Positions 37,615 to 47,937 of a stretch of DNA of 47,937 nt are shown in pieces. The position numbers and the translations under genes are program-made. The notes beneath the pieces were generated by a model. The model was not told where the DNA came from. It did not search any database and saw nothing but the letters and a program-made list of their open reading frames with translations. The stretch lies in assembly GCA_051942165.1 (NCBI GenBank), contig JAVECS010000011.1:1-47937 (forward strand), in the 5' to 3' direction. This DNA is from Circinaria calcarea. Taxonomy: Eukaryota. The first letter of the stretch is position 1. Every line of letters starts with the position of its first letter.

Positions 37615-38968
37615 CTATGTATCTCGGCCCTGACGACGGTGCTGTACGAATATGACTGGAGGATTGTTAAATCTTGGAATACGTATCCGTGGTCTTTGTA
37701 CGAAACCTGAAAGATGATTATTAGATTTCAAGCGCGGTTGTTGAGTAACGCCCTAGTCTTACCAGAGTCCTGATTCAGTTCTTCTAAGCTTGGCATACCA
37801 TTTCTCAAGAAATTGGAGTTATCCTACTAACTCTTAGCTCCGACAAAAGTATATTTCTGACAGCCCGTACTGAGGTGATGGTATTTGGACTAGGGGCAAT
37901 GCGGCCCTGGCATCTTGTAAGTCAGGTCTCGTGGTTGGAGTGTTTGCAACCTTACCGGCCAACAAATGCGACGCACTCCAGGGTATATGCCTAGGTTTAC
38001 CTAAGCCCTAAGTAAGTATACCATATTTAGAAAGTGGTTATGTTTCGTACTATCTCCGAAAACTGACATTGGTCCTGGATACAGATTAGCCTCAATTACA
38101 ACATAAAAGGGATTGCCCCCACCACAGGTTTACTGACCATTCCAAGTTCTCGACAGGCTGCATTGTTTTCTTGCAACCAATTGGATAGAAGCTGACATCC
38201 TGCGAACGGCACAATCTGTAAATAACCTCCACGGGGTGGGAGTTGCGGCATCGATGATGTGTCAACACCGCTTCCGGGAGCTCCTTTTTGAAAAAATTGA
38301 TTCCAAGGTTTTTGGTGTTCGTCAAAACCTGGGCGATCCTTTTGCGCCATACGGTGAGTCCGGGACTTATGAAGTTCATGCTCATGCTGGTCAATCTCTT
38401 CTAGGTGTTTATTGAGCGCATCCATTTGCTGACAACAACATTTGATCCCCCTGAAAAACTCCTCCCTGGTGTTGTCGTCCGGAAACAGGTCGGGATGACC
38501 TTCGAGTCGCACGAACTCGTAGTAGATGGTGTTCAAGACTTTATCTAAGGTCGTGGTATCTTGCTTTTCTTGTCTTGAGGCACATACTCTGAGCACTCTT
38601 TTGAGGTCGTACAAGATCATTTGTAGGAAAGCAGAGCTGCAAGGCACGGTCATCTCGGTGATGTCTAGAAGCGTTAGCTGTGGAGACAATCATAAAAAGC
38701 AATGATCCATGCTACCTCCAATTTTGCCCTTGTCAAAGTCCGCATAATCCGTGTAAGCACATGTTGCTTTGAGCTTACTATACGGTGCATCCTCGCTGCT
38801 ACTGGATGAGCTCTGGGAGACGGTTTCCCAAGAATCGCTGTCTTCTCGGTCTGCCATTTCACGGTTTAACTCCACAGTGTCCATTCTGATAGCAATGGAG
38901 TCGAGTTGGCAAGATGAAGGTTTGTAGTTTTTGCTGTTAATTTGTGGTAGCAAACTTGTAATCTTCAT
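37615..38968 (-). CDS. Auxiliary MAT1-1 idiomorph gene (MAT1-1-7-like by position), ~308-336 aa, 7 exons
   Basis: Exons 38716-38968, 38138-38664, 38068-38074, 37956-37990, 37871-37906, 37763-37823, 37615-37706 join into a 1011-nt open frame with GT-AG introns of 47-77 nt. It lies directly upstream of, and co-oriented with, MAT1-1-1. TATAAA at 38994-38999 may favour ATG 38884. Confidence 0.75.
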
Positions 38969-39012
38969 AAACTGTCACTAAACCGTTGTGTTGTTTATAG
39001 AACTCTATTAGT

Positions 39013-39591
39013 CTAGTGGCATTCACTGGCTAATCCATTATTCAAAGGGTAACACTCGAATTTTCGTTGCGAGTAGGGTTCTCGGGATACTGTAGCGCCA
39101 GATCCTAATGTAATCTTACAAGAAAAACTTTAGACATTCACCTTCTTGGCTTACCTTTTCTATCGCTAACCTCTTGACTAGTTTCAACGTCGACAGGTAT
39201 GATCTTAATCATCTCAACTCTTCCATCTCCTATTGTTTGATAATCAACCACCGAGCTCAGAAGTAAGAGTCTGCTGCTGGGCGTGCAATGGAGGGCACGG
39301 AGTGCAATGAAAGAAAGCTGGCAACCTGGTTTAAGGATACCGACTCCGGATGCTGTATGCTCCATTCCCAAGAGATGCTGAAAGAACTTCTCAAGCGCTA
39401 TTTGAGTTGTCGTATAAACTAGGGGATAAATTTTAGTCATTCAATTTCCATGCACCCCTTTTACCGTCACAAGGAAAGGTCTAAATCCTGAACTTTAGTA
39501 TCCTACTGCTTTTCTTAGGAATATTGCGTACATCGCCCAGCACCCAGCAGGGTGCTATAAAGACGGCCCAGCTAAGATATTCATACATCAT
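39013..39591 (-). CDS. Putative third idiomorph gene, ~143 aa, orphan (tentative 4-exon model)
   Basis: Exons 39532-39591, 39465-39480, 39155-39418, 39013-39104. The 264-nt middle exon is stop-free and flanked by GACTAA..CTAG and GTAAGC. Confidence 0.4.
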
Positions 39592-41031
39592 AGAAGATCA
39601 TTCCTAATCCTCTCTAGTTCATGTGAGTATCACAGAGTTGAAGATGTCAGAGTTGACATATCCACTTGTAATAATAGGCTTTTTCTCCCGTCCCCACGGA
39701 GTCAAAGAGCTGGCGGGCTGATCGGATACACAATATATGTGATCGCACGTGGTAGTCTCTGGTAAGCATAACCATCATCGCAATTGGGTATTGGGGACCA
39801 TTGGATGCGGAAGATAGATCAGGAGTGCATCCAACACTTGGTCTATAGTCGTACAGGGCGACAAGCCAATGGGTCTGTCGACACAAGTTAAGAAGTGTCA
39901 ATCCTAGGCTCAATAGAAACCACAATCCCTTCCAAACCGGAATGCCATCTCCAGTAGCAGCGACCGGCCCCAATCTGGAGGAGTTATACCGGTTGAAACA
40001 CACCACTTAGTCTGGCTTTCAATGAATCGGACAATGGTGGGAAAAGGAAGAACGATGGTACGTGGATGGATATCGAGTCTTTTCTGTCTGGCCTTCACTG
40101 CACGAGTTGACCAAACAATTTTTTACCTCCTCCCTTTCGCACCAATATATACAGTACCAACTTCCCTAATTCAAGCACATACTTGTTTTGCGCACGCACA
40201 TAGAACAGGGTTGCTGGACAGATTTTTGAGGAACCCCCTCGGCGGTCAGGATAGGAACACAGGGCAAATCTTCTAGATTGCAAAACAGAAAATGCAACTA
40301 GTTGAACGTCAAAGTCTCATGCTTCCTTTTCGTCTACGTGGTTGATATATCTCAAATCCAAATGTCTCATTGTCTTAGATCCAGCCATGTAAACAAAGGA
40401 AAAAACAAACACATTCCTCCCAACTTTTCCCGGGAATTCCAAATTCCCCACATCCCCGAGCCGACTAGCACATCGAACCCCTAACAAAGAAAAGAGGTGG
40501 CTGGTCCTTCCAGCCATTCTTCCTTCGACTCCACCGCTGGAACCCTCTCCTTGTACAGCTCAGCACATCCGATCCACCAAACCGCGCTAGCGACAGATCG
40601 GGCATTCGCCCCAACCTCTCCCTTTCTTCCCATCCAGCATCGCGATGAACACCGAAACGTGGTCTCGGATGGTATGACCCTCTGAAACAGGTGCGCTAAG
40701 ATGGGATGGGAAGCTTTACCACCCTCCACATGGGGACTTTCACCCTTACCTCCATGTGCGCAGGTTTGACTGGGGGATGGAAGGTTCAGGGGGGATGTAC
40801 CAAGATCACGTGGGGTAGAGGGCGCGCAAAGGAATTAGGGTCACGAGAAACAGTGTAGCAATAGGTGTTGCCTCTGCATTGGTCGCTCGTAGTCTAAATC
40901 TTAAGCTAGCTGGGAGATGTTCAAAGTGCATAGTATTTACCACCATATCCCTTCCCGTGGCCCGACTCCCCTCTCGGCCCACACAGATCTTTATCTTCCT
41001 CAAACGACTCCAAACTCATCTACGAGAATAT

Positions 41032-43338
41032 CTACGTGAACCCGGGATTCCAATCGCTACACCATATAAACGTCTGACACCTCCACTGTGTGTTTCTCTC
41101 CTTCGCCCCAGTTGGGCCCAAGGGTCGGGCACACATCCAGAAGGATCTGCCGCAATTCATCCCACTTTTCTTCGTGAGCATGCTGACACAAGGTTCCTGG
41201 TGACCTTCGCAACGAGGCGCGACGGGTTTGGAGAAGAGTTTGGACCAGGACTCTTTAGACTCGATGGGATCATGAACGTCTGCTTGGAGATCGGTGCTGG
41301 CCATGTTGGTCGGGACAGGAGAGACCTCGGTGGACTCAGAGAATGCGAGGTCATTTCGCTTGTCGTGAAGAGGCGTTGTCGTACCTGGGAGCGTTGATGA
41401 CTCCATGCTTTCTTCTGCTTCCTGTGCAACAGTTGGGCTTCCGACGGTTTCCGGAGATGACTGCCACGAGGTTTGTAAATCTGTTGATGCTACATCTGGT
41501 AAACCGTTTTCGTTGGTTGCTGCTCCCTTCGACTTGAAGAAGCCCTTGAGACTTTGCTGTCCTTTACCTGAGGCAGTTGGGCCCGGAGCAGAAGATCCAG
41601 ATTTCACGCGCTTGAATGATCTGGGGACGGATTTCTCGGGTAATTGTCTTTTCTTAATCAGTGATGATGTGGAAGGAGTGGCAGCGACTATCGAAGAGAC
41701 AGTTGACTCGGGTGAAGGCGGCCGTGCATCCTGGTTGATAGGAGACACTGAGACGGTAACGGCCAAGCTTGATGGTAGGGAGCCTTCTTCCAACGCACAC
41801 CCCTCGGTAGAATCGGTAATCTTTTGTTCTTCGGGCGTCGGACTATCCACGTTCGTGCTCGATTCAGCTGTGAGTGTAGGCTTACGCGTGAACATATCCC
41901 GGATGCTTTGTCGGCGATCGAATTCAGGTATAAGCCTTCCCGATAGAGGCAAGATGTCCTTCACAGAATATTCTCTCATCCGCTTTCCATTACGAAATGT
42001 GCCTTTGGGGTTCATAACGTCTTTAATATGAACTTCGTTGTTATCCATAACAATTCGATCCTTCGTTGTGGCAAATACTGGACAGTGATCAGATCCCTAG
42101 TCTAATGTTAGCAATCACAAGTGGAGAGTCGCCATGACGCGGCTGACCAGCAATCCTTCCTGGATATTCGAGTCCAAGAACCAATCCTTCATGTCGAGGC
42201 TACATAGCACATAGTCGATCCTTGAGCCAAAGTTTCCTGGTCGGGCATTGACTTTCTGCTCCCAGCACGTGAACATTCCCTTCCGCAGAGGATGGAAGCC
42301 TCGACAAATGTCCCACATGACTGGCTTCTCCCTTCCCCGATCTCTGTCCCCGTAGATCTTGCCGTCATCGAGAAGATGGTTGAAGAGACGTCGTGCGGGC
42401 GTTGAAAAGTACTCCATCTCTGTCATGCTGTTCTTCCGCATGGCAGCCTCTGCATTGGCTGTGTCAAGTTTTTCCTTGGAGATATTAAGATCTCCTGTCA
42501 AGATCACCCGTTTGCCCATGGCTACGAGATTGCGAACTCGAAAGTCCAATAGATTGAGGAACCCGAGACGGAACTCATCTCGTGTCTCATCGCGATTTGC
42601 TGGGCTATATACGCCTATCAGGACAAAGGCTGGGAATTCGAGTATCACACAGCGGCCTTCGGAGTCCAGAACAGCAAGGTCAACCGTCGGATTTCCCAAC
42701 TCAGAAACCTGGTCGCTTGTCGGATATCCACCAATTCGGGCGTTCTGTGGAAGCTCGGAGAAGCTCAGAGACGAGTTGGGCGGAGATAGTATGCCGGTAA
42801 TTCCTTCCTCTGCACGGATTGGACAGCAAACTGCCTGTCGAGTATAGATTACGACGCCGGAATACCCTACGGGCTCTCAGTAGCCGCAATGGAGATATGG
42901 CTGTCTTACTCGGGCACCTTTCTTGTGTTTTGGCAAGCTGAAAAAGCAGTCCCAGCCTGGCACCAGAACCATATCATCCCGCAGGTCCTTGCGCTGTATC
43001 TTTGTTTCCTGAAAGACTACAATGTCCGCTTCGAGAATGTCGAACATTGCCTGCTCGGCCATCAGCATTGAATCGGAGGTGATCTTTGGCCGCACGAGCA
43101 CTAACCGCGAACGTTCGCTTGTCTTGCCATGGCTGATAGGAAAAGGGATTTCTGAGCCATGATTCTCAGCAAAAACTACAATGGGCTCGAATGAAACAAA
43201 GTCCGATCTGGAGCCTTCTGAGAAAACATAGGGCGGAGTGACGCGTACCGTATGCCGTTGACTGTAGCAAAATCAGCAACAACGCCTTTAATGTTGGGGA
43301 TGGTCCGTACCGTTCCATGTAGTTATACGAAATGGCAT
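41032..43338 (-). CDS. APN2: AP endonuclease 2 (DNA lyase); MAT flank
   Basis: MPFRITTWNVNGIRNPF; DIVVFQETKIQRKDL; LDSEGRCVILEF; GDLN; GSRIDYVLCS; GSDHCPV; PIP-like QQSLKGFF; zf-GRF CEGHQEPC...FWMCARP...CQTFIW. Confidence 0.97.
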
Positions 43339-43639
43339 ATCGGATATGGTACTGCTGGACGCTGCATAACTAAATCATCTTTGCCCCCCGTCAAGATTCG
43401 CTCTCATCGTCGAACAAGAGCAGTGCAATACCTCAGCCACAGCTCCGATCTCTAAAACACCAAACACACCTCGAGCTTTCCCCGGATGTTTTTTTTTTGG
43501 GAACGCGACTTTTGTCAGCCCTATGACGTGAGGATCCTTACGTAAGCCTCAAGGCGCATACTGAGTGGTCCAACCTCGAGGCTCGAGGCAGTGGATGTTA
43601 ACCCAGAACCACGACAGTAATTTCGCGCTTACCCTCACA

Positions 43640-44336
43640 ATGCTCCCTCAACCATCACTCATCCGTGCTTCGCAGCGGATTGTTATACCCGCTCGTAATC
43701 CAGCCGTCAAAACCAACCTGCAACGTCGCTTTGCAACTACTCAGGAGCCCGCACTCACCGGGCCGGCAGACAATGCCTTCAATCGGGAGAGACGGGCGGT
43801 GAAAGCTCACGCTGCAGCGACGAGCGGTAAGGGTACCAGATTATGAACAGAGTTATAGAAGCTCACCGAAGGGTTAGATACTTGGCGGAAGCTGTCGATC
43901 TAGTAAAGAGCCTTTATACTTGACCGGAAGGGGAACAGAAGACTTACAAGTGCCAGTGTGACGATTCCCTGCCTGATTATCGCTTCGGTCAACGCATATA
44001 ATCTGTGGAACGAGCATTGGGAGCATTGGGAACACGAAGGACCGTTGGAGGAACGTATTCAGTATCCTTACCAGAATATCAGAACCAAGAAGTTTTTCTG
44101 GGGCGATGGTGACAAAGTGAGTGGTACCTGTACAGTCCTACAGCTGAAATTGAGAGGCATATGCTAATTTCTCAGTAGACCCTTTTGTGAGTTTCCCCTC
44201 TCCTGAGTTTAAAGTATTCTGATTTAGGGAGTGAGGATGGCTGATGTGGTCATAATCCGAGTCTCATTGGGAGGAATAACTAACGTCCGAATATAGCTGG
44301 AACGACAAAGTCAACTACCATAAGAAGGACGAGTAG
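43640..44336 (+). CDS. COX13: Cytochrome c oxidase subunit 6A (Cox13)
   Basis: Presequence, then DNAFNRERRAVKAHAAATSDTWRKLSIYVTIPCL...YPYQNIRTKKFFWGDGDKTLFWNDKVNYHKKDE*; 5 exons including the 8-nt exon 44179-44186. Confidence 0.96.
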
Positions 44337-44603
44337 ATGGGTCTACCGCATGTCAGCAAATGAATAGTGTGATTGGTTGATCGATAGCGGTCACTGTAAG
44401 CGGTGGAGGACTCCTTGCTATGACACGGTGCTTCGCTTCGAATGAGGTGTTCGCTCGACATCGTCGAGCGATTGTACATATCAAAGAGGCTTCCTCATTA
44501 AAAATTCATACCCTTATTCGAGGGATACAGATCCCTCTTCAAACGGCTATCAACAGTTTAGGGAGCGATTGACGGACGGATCTTTAGCTAATAGTCAGGC
44601 TAT

Positions 44604-47259
44604 CTAAGATGAGGTTTCCTCTCGAGCAACCCTTTCTATATCTAAGTACTTCGCGGCACAATCGTTTGCCAATACCAAATCCCCATTCAGGTGCATAATC
44701 GTCGCTTTCTTAGCCATCATCTCGCATTGCCCTTTCACATCGTCGACCCTCGAGAATCCATCAAAGGATCGATCGATACACTCCAAGGCCTTAGTCATCT
44801 GCTCCTTTCGCTTCAGCGGTTCGGACTTTGCCAACCCGGCCATACCCATGTGGCCATCGGCCAGACAGAGGAAACATTCCGCCGCAAGCTCGCAGTCCTC
44901 ACATTCCAGCACCTGCGGCATGATGCTTTCCAGTAGCTTCGACGCTGCCTCAAATTCTTTCAAGCTGATTAATACCCTGCAGACAGCACCGATAGCCTCC
45001 CAAAGGGCAGGCAATATCCGTGCCTTGTATGCAAGGCCCGCGGCCCTAAGTGCAACAGAAAACCCCTTTTGAGCGATACCGGCTTTGTCAAAAATTCGTG
45101 CTTTCAGCGTCAAAAGCTTGACTTGTTGCATGATATCAGCCTCTTCGCTATAGGCTTTGGTGGATTGCTCTTCAAGGAGTTGCATGGCCTTTGAATAGTC
45201 TTGTCGTCGGATCTGGAGGTTGATTTCTTGAACCGCGATGGCAAATGCTATTATCGGCGTTGGCGGTGGGTTTGCTTGAAGCTGTGAAAGAAAATGCTTT
45301 GCAGCGACGAGATCATTTCTATCCAACACAATCATTTAGCTCACCAGAAGTCCGGATTCACATAGCTATTACACGCGCACCTATGTAGCTTGTTTTGGAG
45401 CCTGAGAAGACCATTGAAGGCTATCCAGTACTGCTGGTTCTTTAGCGTCCGCAGCGTGTCTTGGCCAACTTCATCCATGACTCTCAGAGCATCACCGTAT
45501 CGACCCTTCTGTGCTAACTGTCTGTACTGTAAGCAGCCGTGACACTTGATTGATTAAGGCAGTCACCCACGGCACTTGCGTTGTTACATGTTGCATGTAA
45601 GACATCCTCCACTGGAGATGCGTCTGCATAGCATTCCATAAAGATCTCCTCGTAGGACCATGCTAGATAGCTCACACCTAATTTACTTTCAGTTTTCGTT
45701 CCCAGAGGCAAGGCTGCCAGAACTTATCAGTAATACCTAATCGACTGAAGAGCGATGCTTGCATTGAAGTTTGACTGCCAACTGCATTTGCAATGTTTTT
45801 CACTACGTTGAGATGGGATGCCCGAGTAACATTTTCAAATGCCACGGACATACTCTCGCCCTGATTAATTATTAGAAGCTTAAAGTAGAGAAGGGCAGTT
45901 CAATATTACGCTTTAATAGACACTACTTACATTGGCCAGACCAAGCCTTGCTTCGCTCAGGAGACAAGTACTAAGAATACTCCACATGCTGGTTTCTTTG
46001 GCCTTGGCCTTCAGGAACGCCAGCGCTTCTTTCTCGGTGCCGAGTACTCCACTATTCTGGATGTCCCCAATCTCTTTTGGGTGTGCCTTACCGAAATGGT
46101 ACAGCCAGCTCAGACTGTAGTTGAGACAGCTCATATCCTTATTTTCCCTTGCAGTCGCTATAGTCTCGTGCATCGCCGCAATAGCCTCGCTATAGCACCC
46201 AAAATCCGCTTGCAAGATTGCAAGATTAAGTAAGGCATATTGGTAGAACGTCCGGTCACGGTTTTGCATCGTGTAATCAAAGTAACGGTGTAGGCTGTCA
46301 AAGGACGAAGGATAATCGCCCGCTTTCCACGAATCAAGAAACCTATAAAGCGTTCAGCCTCTTCATAAAGACTAGAGAAAGTCACACACTTGACGTAATG
46401 TGACAGACTGGGTACTGCCACGCCTGTTTCTACCATGTCATGATAGTTTCTCCTCATCACATCTGGGATCCTGTTTCCCGTCCCTAACCGACTGTCAGCG
46501 GTTGTGCTGTAGCACAGAGGACACAACCCCAAAGAAAATACTTTGCATCTGATCAACCTGGAATTCAAGGAGCCTTTCCATATCTGCTGTGCTGACACTC
46601 GCCTCCTTCTGATTCTCGTCCCCTAAATCACCATATAGGAGATCAACTATCTTTTGACTTGAGCCGAACTGGCCCCCAATCAAGTTGGTATCATAGCTAG
46701 TGTTTCCAGCCGAAGGATTCCTCCTCCTCCACATCGGTAATGTTGGCTCTCTGTACGTGACAAAGCTCTTCCACAGTAAGACTTCATCGTGAAGTGACAG
46801 ACGTGTAAACTCAAGCTGGACTCTTCTGACAAAAGTTCCAAAAAGGGACGTTCGAGAGAATGATGCTTGATGTTGCTCTTGCAAGCCGCCATATTCTACT
46901 TCTCCTTGCAGCTCCTCTCGAGTTTTCTGCACCAACAAGGTTAAGGAGTCGAAAAACACATGCAAGGCGTCCAATGAGTTGATTTCCCAAAGCTTTTTCA
47001 AGAAAAGATCCCAGAGAGTACGTCCGGGGATTCCGGAACCATGTGTGATTGTAGCTTTTTGGAAGTTTTCAATAGAAACAATGAATGTCTGTTCTGAACT
47101 GGAGTGTCTATCCCAATTACCAAGGGATGCCGCCGGCAGGAGATGAGCCACGACGAAGGAAAGCACGGGGATGCTTGCAATAGTGGGTACAACATTCTCT
47201 GCATAGAGGGAAATGAGAGCAAGCAGTCCGATCTTTGAAGGAGTCAAATATCGTGACAT
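44604..47259 (-). CDS. APC5: Anaphase-promoting complex subunit 5
   Basis: MSRYLTPSKIGLLALISLY start; WKAGDYPSSFDSLHRYFDYTMQNRDRTFYQYALLNLAILQADFG (ANAPC5 motif); TPR-like C-terminus; several introns. Confidence 0.94.
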
Positions 47260-47655
47260 ACCGAGAACCCACAGGTAGGATCATCTCACTGTGCGCGTGG
47301 GCTCCTGGTCACAACGTTGCTATCCAACAAGGAGGGAAGGGCAATGAACCAGAAGCACTATCCAGCAATATAGTGACACCAAGACGCTTCTCTCAGTACA
47401 GAGTTGTCCTTCCAACTATGACACCAGGGCTTGCTCACGGTTCCACTTTGCATTGCCAAGGGTAGCCGTATGACCCATCGGGGTGTAGCATCGGGGTTAC
47501 TGGTGTCGTTTACAAAAGATGTTTGCCAACGCACCCAAAGGGAAAACTCATTTGTACGAACACACAACCGTCTACAAGGTTACGGTAAGATTGGACCTGG
47601 AGACACTCAACGAATCTGTGTACACCTATCATACAAATCTGGCATCGTTATATCT

Positions 47656-47937
47656 CTATGGAATGGTCGTATTAGCTGCTTGCTGCAGCTCTGGGTTCGC
47701 TTTGATGTACCCTCCTTCCTTCTCCTCTTCACGGAGTAGCTTCTCTTCCGTGACAATCTTTCCCTCGTCCGCATTGTTGGTCGCCCAGATCCGGCTGATA
47801 GCCAGGTCAAATGGCCCCGGAACCCTATCAATCAGCCCAATTCCCACGGTCCGTACTTTCTGCCGGAGCATCTCTCTCTGAGGCTCCACTACCACTCCAT
47901 GGTTGGTCCTTACAAAGTCATTCCACTTGATCAGTAC
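47656..47937 (-). CDS. CIA30: Complex I intermediate-associated protein 30 (NDUFAF1), 3' end; truncated by the window edge
   Basis: VLIKWNDFVRTNHGVVVEPQREMLRQKVRTVGIGLIDRVPGPFDLAISRIWA, the CIA30 C-terminal motif, in its usual position next to APC5. Confidence 0.88.
   Translation of the reverse strand, partial: VLIKWNDFVRTNHGVVVEPQREMLRQKVRTVGIGLIDRVPGPFDLAISRIWATNNADEGKIVTEEKLLREEEKEGGYIKANPELQQAANTTIP

Noticed and set aside
37991..38133. Alternative model of the auxiliary MAT gene using donor GTAAAC and reading through an in-frame TAG (LLRA*VNLGIYPG)
   Set aside because: The microexon model uses stronger donors and needs no stop recoding.
37432..39028. Shared 9-mer CATTCACTG upstream of both MAT genes
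   Set aside because: Not significant for ~300-bp windows without cross-species conservation data.
27040..42847. Long antisense ORFs over NVJ2, SLA2 and APN2 (e.g. 28930-29418, 32948-33517, 41405-42031)
   Set aside because: Shadow frames of genuine coding sequence.

Overview
A gene-dense, intron-rich stretch of a filamentous ascomycete (Pezizomycotina) nuclear genome. It contains the mating-type (MAT) locus and its conserved neighbours. Gene order left to right: mitochondrial D-lactate dehydrogenase (partial), a small membrane protein, RPS4, SNX3, a divergent CNNM/Mam3-like protein, an Rbp35/CFIm68-like RRM protein, SEC61-gamma, a DCAF11/WDR23-like WD40 protein, RIM2, RPL21 and RPS9 (head-to-head), SLU7 and REV3 (head-to-head), NVJ2/TEX2, SLA2, the MAT1-1 idiomorph, APN2, COX13, APC5 and CIA30 (partial). 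The ~6.9 kb SLA2-APN2 interval holds an intact alpha-box MAT1-1-1 and a 7-exon auxiliary gene, MAT1-1-7-like by position, which suggests a lichen-forming Lecanoromycete (inference). No HMG-box MAT1-2-1 was seen, consistent with a heterothallic MAT1-1 strain. The most novel-looking signals are: a cryptic spliced third gene upstream of the auxiliary MAT gene; UTR introns at both ends of MAT1-1-1; and a probable autoregulatory 5'UTR plus a stop-free 261-nt intron in the Rbp35-like gene. All exon models were assembled by eye from GT/branch/AG signals and need RNA-seq confirmation. No transposons, tRNA/rRNA genes or CRISPR-like arrays were recognised.
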